A DNA stretch of 64,000 bases from Amoebophrya sp. A120. Lineage: Eukaryota > Protista > Dinoflagellata. A program made the translations under genes and the position numbers. The notes under the pieces are model-generated. The model did not search any database and was not told the DNA's origin. It was given only the letters and a program-made list of their open reading frames with translations. This document shows positions 14,601-24,564 of the stretch, one piece after another; position 1 is the first letter of the stretch; each line of letters starts with the position of its first letter. The stretch covers positions 1,596,269-1,660,268 of the forward strand of contig CAJINV010000017.1 of the NCBI GenBank assembly GCA_905178155.1, read 5' to 3'.

Positions 14601-17600
14601 CCTCCTACGGCGGGGCGAATTACCCAACGCCAAGGGGCGTGAACAGGTCGCCTAGAACGGCTGCCGGCCAAGCTTCTTCGTCTTCCGGAAGTGCGGTTCA
14701 GACAGGAGGAGTCGCTGCCCTTACCGCTGCTGCACAGGGGCGCATGCAGCGCTTGCAATCAGTTTTGGCTGGAAACGTGATTGCAATGCCTGGAGCTCCT
14801 GGTAGCGCAACAGCCTCTGGAGCTCATCTCCCGGTTTCCCCTCTCACCCACTCCCGCACACCCTCCTACATTCCCTCGTCCGCAAGTGCGACGCACATCA
14901 CCCGACCTGGAGGCACGAGAGCGGATCAGTCGACGTCCTCACACCAGCATATTTACAGCGAACCGCTCCCGACCTCTCGAGACCGCCATCCGCTACTGGA
15001 TGAGCTGGCGGCGATCGATGTTGACGCAACCCCCGCGAATTTGGGTTTGCGCCCGGATATGGTGGACGCCGTCAGTCGGAAACGCGAGGAATGGCTGTTT
15101 CGGAGACTGATGCCTGCGGTGTTTTTGCAAAAGTCGAAAATGTCAGAAAACATCACTGCGAAGAATAGCCTGCAACTGGAGGAAAGAACAAGCAAGAATG
15201 ACCGGCGCAGTGGCCGCGACGGAAATCAGAAAAAGGGAAATCAAAGAAAGCATTCGTTGCCGCCCTCGGATCCGCACACCTATACGCAATTTCTGACCGA
15301 ATCGGCGAGGCGCAGCGAGGAAAGGCTGAAGCTGATCTATTGGTTCTGCAATTCTCTATCCGAAGCCGCCGATGGGGGCGAAAACTTCCGAATTTTGCAG
15401 CGCGAGTGCAGCCATCTGTTGACGTATTTGTCGGGGTGTGCGGAGCACAACCGAGCCCGCGCTCTGGAAGATCTGGAGGCAAGGATGCAGAAGCTAGACG
15501 TCAGTGATAGAGACAGGGACGTTGTCGACCAGCTGCGGGCTCGTGCTAGTACTAGCACAAATGGTGCTAGTACTGGTTCTGCATCGTCATCGGCCGACGC
15601 AGCAGGGTCGACAAGAACTTCTCGGACGCCGAGGACTCAAGGCAGTTCTTCTGCGCGCGAATCGCGAGAACGTATGGGCCACAACAGTCCGGTAATCACT
15701 GAGGAGCAAGTAGACGCTCTAACGAACAATCCTGCAGGCGGAAGTGGAACCTCTGGCTCTGGTGCGCCGCGACCAGCATCACAAATCCGCCTGAACCTCG
15801 GACCCATGCACGAAATCGATCTCTTACCAGATGATCGCGGACCAGTACCGGCGATACCGAGCGCTGCAACAGAACAGGCTACGGCTGCACAGACGTCGGT
15901 CGAGGAGCTCAGCAGAATTTACAGTCCCATCCCACAGCGAGGACTACACCCAGACCAGGACGAGGAGGAACCAGACGGGTACTACACCCCCACGTCTGCC
16001 GAATTTGACAACTTCCCGGTTGTTGTAGCACCAGATGTTGCTTCCGCAATATCCGTGCAAAACGAGAACGAACACCTTCAACAACTCCCCACACGCCCGA
16101 CTTCTCGATCTTTCGGTGACGGAAGCACAAGCAGCGCAGCAGCCGCGCGACGAAATCGCCCAATCCCGGGGGAGCTGGTCGACGATCAGATGAGAAACGA
16201 CGCAGGTGCGCCGTCTATGGGCGCAGGAACGGTGTTCGATGGAGAGGTGTTGCAGGGCGAGGTAATCCTGCAAACGCCGGACCACTACGGGAGCAACCCG
16301 TTTGAAGACACCACAGAGCAGCGGCACTCCCTCGGTGACGCTGTGGCCGCAGACACTGCGTTAGCAGCTGCCGCCAGACAGCAGCAGCTTCCCTTGGACC
16401 AGCGGAACACGCGGACAGTGACGATGACGTCGATTTCGCCCCCAAACGACGACGATTTCTCCAGCAACTCCGAACTGGAGTCCGTCACGGCGGAGCAGGA
16501 GCAGATTGACCGTTTTCTAGAGCAATACGCAAACGACCGACCGAGTTTTATCTCCCGCATCTCCGCGTTTTCCAACAGTATAAACACACTGCAATTCCGG
16601 GAACAGGCACGAAGAATGAGTGCAGCGGGAAGCAGCACGACCGGCGCCGCGAGAGGTACTACTTCTAGCACAGGTGGTCGAGAATCATCTTCGGGAGTAG
16701 ATGCTGCTGCTGCTGCACCGACATCTTCGGGGCGTGGCAGCGGTAGTGGAGTGGGTGGTGCAGCTAGTGGGAGTAGACCTTCACCCGGGAGAACGTCTTC
16801 CGGGTCCGGGTCTGCAGGACCGACACCGAGGACTAGCAGATCTTCGACGGCTGGTGCTGCAACGAGCAGTAGTGCAGCGGTATTAAACGCAGGGTCATCA
16901 ACATCTCCGACAAATGGAGCAGGTGGTCCAACAGGCACTACTAGTTCAACAATTCAGCCACGCCTCCGGCGCAGCGACAGCTCGTCGTACACCTACGCCT
17001 CGGTTGAGCAGGTCGATCGAAATGCAACAGTGGCAGATCCAGATCCAGATCAAGAAGCCATCCCAGCCTTCGAAGATATGCCATCGTGGCTTCGCGGGCT
17101 TGTATCCAAAAAAAAGAACCATCCCGATCCAATTTGGCATGCAATAAAACATGCGTCCGAGGAGCCTGTTTTTGTCATGTCAAAAATGGAAGATTGGGAT
17201 GAGTCTGTTTCTGTGGATAGCTCGCTCTCTCCAGCGACATGCCGCTCCCGACATGGATCTACCAGGCCGCCACTGCAGTGGACTTGGCGGGGAATAACGA
17301 TGCTGCCTTGCGGGCAGATCAAGAGCAGCCCGCAGAAGCAGCAGGTGGCTCTGCAGCGGAACAGCAGCAATTGCGTCGTCCCGGCGGACCGTCCGCCGAG
17401 ACTGTGAGCGGTGTGCGAAACGAGCGAAGCAGCAGCGATCCTCGACGTGCTGCTGGGATGAACCTGGCAGCTGCAGGAGCTGCTGCGTCAAGAAATCGAA
17501 CAAGAACCACAGCAGCAGCTGCACAGCCTGCTGACCTTTCACACGGCCCCGTTGCAGAAACACCCGCGGGAGCTGCCGACCGCCCGTCCATGACAGAGCT

Positions 17601-18486
17601 AGCGCGACAGATGTTTGGGTTCGCTTTTGCCGGCGATCCAGCTCCGGAACCGCCATTGGCCCCAGCGGAAGAGGAGCGGAGGATGTCATCTGCAGTAGCA
17701 GGCGGTTTTCCATTGGTGGATGTCAACCAGCAATACAGAACACACGTAGAGCAACACGCGGCAGTTGGAAGTAGACCACTAGCAGGACGAGGCAGCACCA
17801 GCACCAGAAGCTGCGGCGACCCAGACCTCACACATCACGGCCCCACTGCGCGCGACATTGTCAACTTGGATGCGCAGAACGTGAAGGGATTTACAGCGCT
17901 GCATGTAGCAGTGCAGGCAGACCATGCAAATTTGGTGGCGCTATTGCTGTCCTCGGGGGCAAAGGTTTGTTCTTGTTGTAGTTCTGCTGTTTCTTGGAAG
18001 AAGATTTTGACTATTGTTTCTTTTGGTCTATCAAACGAATGACCACAGCTTTTACTTTGGAGCTTGGCAAGGACACCGAACTTTCGGAAATCATGAGAAT
18101 GAAGAGAATTATGTGCCTGTCAGTGGTGTGATTTCAATCTGTATTGATACATGAATGAGCAACATCGGGCAATAAAACAAATGCGTCAAAAACACCAGCC
18201 CGCCACGGTAAGTAACGGGGTTTCCATGACACCGCTGTCCACAGCTGTATTGATGACAAAGAACCTGGAAGTCATGCAGCTCCTCTGGTTAAGCGGCACC
18301 CGTCGGCTCTCTGGCGTTGTGAATCCCAGACGCGGCGTTCTGGTTGATGAGATGATCAGGACATTGCTTGACATTCTGCTGACCGGAGAAGAGGAGGAAA
18401 GCGTCGAGTATGGTGGGCAACAAGACCTGCTACATCATCAGCCAGTGCAAGGTCTTGATCTACCACACGCGGCGCGTGGCGCGTGA
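8671..18486 (+). CDS. Large (~2,750 aa) U-box E3 ligase/ankyrin-repeat protein with Ser/Ala/Gly-rich linkers and a hydrophobic N-terminus
   Basis: Exons 8671-10512, 10697-10739, 10895-10953, 11169-12320, 12581-12750, 12957-13048, 13227-17102, 17225-17964, 18199-18486 total 8262 nt in frame. U-box motif DPITLDVMDDPCLASDGHVYEKSSIERW..SPKTREPL. Ankyrin motifs TAVHAAAYRNHADIVEFLL, GNTPLHYAAYHGN and GFTALHVAVQADHANLVALLL. Confidence 0.8.
10740..10889. mobile_element. Introner, family F1
   Basis: TATCCTGTGCAAAAGTATCGTACTCGTAT...ATACGAGTGCGATACTTTTGCAATTCATA, TSD GGAGC. Removal restores ..LQE-QCGF.. Confidence 0.9.
10954..11163. mobile_element. Introner (singleton family)
   Basis: TIR TATCG[CA/TG]AGAAAAAAGTGTTACAGTTACACATT, TSD AGCTG/TGCTG. 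Removal restores ..SSEL-GRQC.. Confidence 0.9.
12751..12956 (+). mobile_element. Degenerate F1-like introner with GC-AG intron ends
   Basis: 8-bp direct repeat CGGGACAG at 12743-12750 and 12949-12956. Residual TIR TATCCACCGCAAAAGTAC / GTACTCTTGCAATGCATA. Removal restores ..NRDS-EKQMWPSFTAVHAAA.. (ankyrin). Confidence 0.65.
17103..17219. mobile_element. Introner, family F4
   Basis: TATCCAAAAAAAAGAACCATCCCGATC...GATTGGGATGAGTCTGTTTCTGTGGATA, TSD GCTTG/GCTCG. Explains the frameshift between ORFs 13301 and 17239. Confidence 0.85.
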
Positions 18487-19680
18487 TAGATCTTCGTGTT
18501 GCGGCACACAAAAAATCTACAGCTACACGAGGAGAAACAAATTTGACGGCCTAGAGTAAAAAAAAAAAAGGTGGACACCGACTTGCCATCCGTCTACGCG
18601 TCGCGAAAGCTTTCTCATTCTGTTTCGTACAAGTGCAATTGTCTGCAGCCAACTACGTCTTTTCATATTCAAATGAACAAGCATTAAGCAAGTAGGGCAG
18701 CAGGAGATAAAGTATTGTGCCCCGCATTCCAGCATGTAGTGAAGATTTGCTCTTTGCAACAGTACCATAGTTGTGAATGTAGTTGAGGGCGCTGACTCGA
18801 CTCATTCTCATCCGAATTGAGGCATCTCCATAATATCTTCAACGTGAACTTAAATCATGTAACATGAGCTAGTACTCTGAAGCTCACTTTATTTCTACTC
18901 TTGCATTCAAACTCAGAACCAGGAAGCAACCTCCTTGAGAATAAACTTTTCATCCCAAGAAAGTACCGCATCGCTATATTCTATGTCAATTAGACACGTT
19001 TCGACGCATATCCAATTTTGTTGTCTGTTTAGTAGAAGAAATAGTGGTGTTGCAAGTCGAGAAAAAAAAACTGCAGCGCTGCAGTGTTTTTTTTTCGCCC
19101 TTGCAGCTACCAACTCCTCGCTCGATGAGTTGAGTTGTTTTATCAGAGCTTTATTGTTTTGACCCAGAATCTACTGTAGTTTGTCACAGATGAAGCATAT
19201 GCGTGACTCGTTGGTGGAGTTATTTGTTTATTCTAAAGGTAAAGCTACATCTGCCAGCATGTTTGTAATTTTGCGAAATGAACTTTCCGTGTGAAGCCCC
19301 GAATATAGGGGCCATGCTTTGACCGCGAAATGTGAATACTTTTGAAGCAGATGTACAACTTGCCTGACAAAATATTCTACTTACAAGATTACGGCACTAG
19401 TGCCTGCTCTTGAAGACGCAGCCTAACCGACGCTGGGTGCACGTCGGCTATTAAGTAGCCGTTACTGATATCTTCAACTTCACAGGGGGTCGCGACTCAC
19501 GATCAAGTAGCTCATTCCTTTGAGAAGACCGCTCGCATAGGGTGTGGTGGTGTATCTCTTGGAGGTTCAGGCATGTCTCATGCACTTGCGCGAAACGATT
19601 TGAGCGACGTGCTTTCGTATCACTCTAGTTCTAGAAGTTCTTTTGTAGATTAGATGTAAATAAAAAAGAAAATCAAAATC

Positions 19681-22600
19681 ATGTTTTTGCGTGCCGTCTT
19701 CTTTCGTGCCTTTCTGGCCCTCGGGTTGTTCTTCTCAAAAGCCCTAGACGACGAGGGTACCGTATTTATTTCCTCGGCTGCTGTTACTACTCCGCCTCCG
19801 CCAGAGCAACGCAGCAGTCCCTCACTACTTGACACAGAGACAGAGGTTGTCGAAAAGGAGCAGAAATACTACGACCAGCCGCTGCCCAGCTTCGACCCCA
19901 GCGGCCGCGAGGCCTCGGACGTAAATCTCACCGACTTCCGGCTTTTCAACCCGTACTGCCACCCGTTGAACCGTACGACCAGGCGCTACGAAGTGAGGCG
20001 GGTGTCCTTGGACGCACCACGGGTCTTGGATGTTGTGGCGGCGTATAGTAAATTTGGGTCCGTGGAGCCGAAGGGCAATGATCTTCCGGCTCCACCGAAC
20101 GATGCGGGGAGGATGCACGAACAAGTAGACCAGGCGGCGCGGCAGGAAGGACTACCAGCATCCGCATCGCGAAATAATAACCGGCCTGCGACTACTAGAA
20201 GCAGGAAAAAGCTCATCCGCCGTGTCCTGGGCTTCCCACATCCCGCGCATTCCGGCTTCGGGGACAGAGTTGGCATGTTTATCTCCCTGGCGGCACTTGC
20301 GAAAACCTTGTCGACGACAGAAACGCGACAGATGAGAGGTACAACTTCATCTGCAGATGAACACGGCGCCGGTTCCGAAAGTTCTCCACGTCTGTTGAAG
20401 ATTCAATATGATTACAAGATTCTGACCTTCTGGCCGGCGGGCGGGCGCAACGACAACTGGGGCCACAATTTTCGCCAAGACGGGTCTACTTGGCCAATCT
20501 TCCGCCCGGACCGATTTTTCACCCTGCTGCGGAGCCTACCGAAGCAACTCATCTTGCTTCGCTCGCGAGCGGAGTTTTTGCGAGTTTGGGACGCCTTGGA
20601 CACCATTGTCAGGAGGTTAGAGATGAAGGATGATGAAACTGGGGCTGCTACTAGTAGTGCACGAGCAAGTGCAGCGTCTAGCAGGGCTGAACCGGAAGGC
20701 AGCGTGATCAGCGTCAAAGGTAAAGAACGCAAAAAGGTCGAAATTGTGCACTACGCGAGCACCACACCCGGTGCTAGAATTGCTGCCGCAGCGGGGGGTA
20801 GAAATAGCAAACCACAAGACGGTCACAGCAACACCAAAGGATCTCCATCTTCTAGTAGTACATCCGGCACTCCGAACAAGATGAACAAGAGCACATTTCC
20901 CGCCTCGGCGCTGTTTAAGAACCTGCGGGAAAGTTGTTGCGGCATTTTTTCAGACGAGGAAATGGCTGAGCTTGGCAAAGACGACGAAGTTCCCATGTTT
21001 GAGCAGCAGAAAATAGTGACACGGTTAAATGGCGGCGAGGGGGCAACTCTGTATCTCCCCACCGCGGCGAAGGCCGCCGCCGCAAACGCGGACGCCCAGG
21101 CCGACGCTGCTGCTCTTTTATCGACTTCTAACGACAGGAAGAAAAACCCCAAATCGCACAAGGTCGAAATCGTCGCAAGTAGCACGACCGCGAGCGTTGG
21201 GCTGCTGCCTGAACTTGCGGTGGGCCATATGATGGAGTTGCAGGACCAGATTATGATGCGCACTGGAAAGGGAAAGATAACGGAAAACAAGAAAAAGGCT
21301 TCTAAAATAGACTCCAGCAACGACGTCGTGATCATTCCGTCCCAGCACGACCAGCTTTTCGCCGACATTCCCGAGAAGAACGAGTTTGACGTCTCTATCG
21401 AGTATGTCGTCGTCCCGCTCGACGACTTTGTCATGTCCTCCCAAATCGAGCACGGGATGTGGGTCCAACCCGAACCGACGTCGTTCCTGTTCAAATTGCT
21501 CTTTCCAGGTCTGAACACAGATTTGTTTGTCCAAAACTACTACGAACTGGCGCCGCTCGTACAGTTTCAAGCCCCTTCCGCGCGGATCATTTACCCGAGC
21601 GCTGTGCCTCCTCCGTCCTACGGAAAGGCGGACCACCTGCCTGCGCGTGCTGATGAAGATGATGAAAAGGCTGCAGTTCTTGTATCGACCCAGAGCCAAA
21701 CAGGTCGTTTGCAGACTCTTACACAATATGAAAATCGTGCTGACATGAGAACCGATGTTGATGAAGCAGGAGCAGCACCTTCATTTACAACATCCCTGAA
21801 CAACCGTCCTTACCTTGCCCTTTACCTGCGCCGCGGAGAGAAGCAGTACCACAGCAGCATGCGGGAGGGATTACTGTTTCACCACCTGAAGCAACTACTG
21901 GTGGTCGAAGCGCCGGTGTTCGCGAAGAAGTTTGCCTGGGTCGTCATCGGCGATACGCCCAGTGTGGTGGGAAGGTATGTCCGCTTTTTGAAGTCGTCCT
22001 GCAACGTGACGATCGCCGTATCTCGGGACGAGTTGGAGCTGGAGTATGAGCAGCAAGCCAGTACTTCATCTGAAGATCATCATCATGCGGAAACTCCCAA
22101 GTATTCCAGTACTAAGGCCCAGGATAATATTGGTCATAGTACAACTACGACATCGCCGGCTCGACCAAGCGAATCCTCCGAATCGCTCGTCGACTTCTTG
22201 CAGCGGGCGTTTCTTTCCGAAACGTCAGAACTTTTAGGGGATGAAGATCCAGACCAACAGAGCCCCCGCAGAGGAACAACTGTGTCAGTAACAAGTCCGG
22301 CAAAAAGTACTACCTCTTCTCTCTTCCGCCTCCCCTTCAGCAGGGACCACGAAACAATCAACAACATGCCGGCAGACCTGCAAAAGAACTTCACAGCCCT
22401 CTACTCTGACTTTTCGCTTCTGACCAGAGCGGCTGGTATTGTGATGCACACGGCGCGCGGGGACGGGTGGAGCTCGTTTCCAGCGGTGGCGGCGATGATA
22501 GGCGCGAGAAGGGCTGGAAGATCTTCGCCTATATGCATTGCAAAAGTAGAAGTGTGATCGTGTTCGTGCCTTCCTATAAATCACATGGCAAAGTTTTCCA

Positions 22601-23005
22601 AAGGGAAAAATGGTCGTGTCTGTCATGCGTATTTAAAGTAGAAAAGCAGTTCTGTCATCGCAAAACTGGCAAAATATATTATGTGAGTGCGATACTACTT
22701 ACAGCTTTTGCACAGGATTGCCTATCCCCATATTCAACTTGTATCTCGTTGGCAACACCTACACCTACTTCCCCGCCGCGGTGAAGGTGCACGCGAGGGA
22801 CCAGAGAAGGGAGCCCTACGATAGGAAAGACCTGCGGAACAGCTGGGCGATCGGGTACACGCATGACCCAAGTCGGTATGACATCTACAAAAGCATAAAC
22901 TGCGGCCGGGGGGTGCCGAACATGTACTTCCTCATAACGTCACATCGCTTTGTGGAGGAAGTTCTTGGACTACAACCTAGCGCCTGCACCCACTGTGAGG
23001 AGTAG
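19681..23005 (+). CDS. Membrane-anchored fucosyltransferase-like glycosyltransferase (GT11/GT23/NodZ-type GT-B fold)
   Basis: Hydrophobic N-terminus. Motifs SGFGDRV, YLALYLRRGEK, WVVIGDTP and DFSLLTRA..SSFPAVAA resemble conserved fucosyltransferase motifs, separated by low-complexity inserts. Removing the introner at 22532-22719 joins ORF 22718. Confidence 0.65.
22532..22719. mobile_element. Introner, family F1 (diverged)
   Basis: TATGCATTGCAAAAG...CTTTTGCACAGGATT, TSD GCCTA. Removal restores ..SSP-IPIFNL.. Confidence 0.85.
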
Positions 23006-23786
23006 TAAACTGGTGCATAGATGAGGACGAGGACGAGCCCAGTAGATGCTAGTAAAACTGTTCATGTTCTTGTTCTAAAGACGCAGCTTCCGTGCAAGCC
23101 ATGGCACATTTTTAGGTTTCTCGTTTCACACTCACAGCAAAGATGAAAAGCAGAAACAGCACACCATTCACATGGATGTTCGTTGCTCGTGGTTTTCAAG
23201 TATGTTGCTCTTGTTCTTTGTGCCTTCGACCTGTCGGCGTCACTTGTACCGTCCAAAGAAGGTGAACTTGCTGTACGATGCACATCTGCAGTCGTGATCA
23301 AAATAAAGGCAGTGCAAAATTGTTAATGCGATTTCGGCTCGCTCGAAAAATTTCATGGTCGCGGTCGTGTATCTGTATTCTGAGAACATTGCTTTCCTTG
23401 TTCTTTGTTTTCTACGTCGAGAGTGGAGTAGCACAAGCCTCCCGAGTGTGACTTCTACACCAGATCGTCGACCTCGTGATTGGGGAAAGTGTCATTACGA
23501 TGCCATGGTCGAAATAAAGAAGTCGCTCTCATTCTCATTGTTGCAGGTCGCAGCGACCTGAGGCAAAGGTAATATTCTGAACAAAACCAGGAGCATCGTC
23601 ACGGCCTGACTGGACTGTTAAATGTAAGTGCGCCGGGGTCGTGCTGCCTGTACTCTGTTGAAGTAAAGACGTCATCGAGTTGTAAATCTTTTTACCGTTA
23701 TTTGACGGGTACGATCTTTGTGCCGGTTCGCTCTCCTCTCGGTCTTCTCTCTTGTGAGCGCATCATCAGTGTATTGATGTTGTGCC

Positions 23787-24313
23787 TATGGGGGGACAAA
23801 CTAGGGGCGACGAACTGAGAACGGCCTTTTTTCGAGGCTTAGATGTAGTGGGTTTTTTGCGAATCGTCCACTTTCGGGGAAGCTCAGGCGAGGCCCCCTG
23901 CGTCTAGTTTTTGCGCAATAGCAGCGGCCTAATACGCCGCATTCTCTACCTGAGGTTCGCGCCTGCACCGCTTGCCTTGTTTCGAAAACGGCGCGGCGCT
24001 CGCGCTAGAAATCACTTTTATAGAATATCCAAGCCCATTCCGCCCTAGATATTGAATATCCAGCGCGGTATCCTATATCCACGCCGTCCCGCCGTGGAGA
24101 TACACCAGGGGGGCGTAATATTTTATAAAATGGCTCCGCCGATTTGGCTCCGGAAATGGTTGCCATGGACATAGAAAATACATCCGTGCGTGTGCATTTG
24201 GGGGCGCTGACGAAGCAAAAAAATCAAGCAACCCAAGAAATCGGGCCTATATCTAGACACAAAAAAAAGGCCATTCCCATTCTCAGTTCGTTTCCGAATT
24301 TTGTCCCCCCATA
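23787..24313. mobile_element. Intergenic MITE with TAT...ATA ends and 8-bp TSD
   Basis: TIR TATGGGGGGACAAA..CGAACTGAGAA..GGCCTTTTTT mirrored at 24240-24313. Flanked on both sides by GTTGTGCC. Confidence 0.85.
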
Positions 24314-24564
24314 GTTGTGCCCTCCCGGTTTCGTCGCGTCCTCGATGATGGTAACGTAAGCTGCTGAGCCAGAATGTATGGTGAGCTGCTTGCTGAGCGT
24401 TGATGCAAGTGGTGGATCGTTTGATATGCGAATGCAATGTCGTGAGCACCAGAGAGAGATACTAGTGAGCGGGGCGTGGAGCATGAACGTCTTAAGAGCT
24501 TCGCTGGATAATGAGCATGAGGTTGGAGAGACGCGAGTCGTGCCTGAGGTTTCTCACCTTTTGT

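Noticed and set aside
17103-17407. C-terminus of the 1368-aa ORF and similar ORF tails (e.g. YQMQKCLGLEE, ISCAKVSYSY)
   Set aside because: These are read-through translations of introner TIRs that recur in unrelated genes, not protein motifs.
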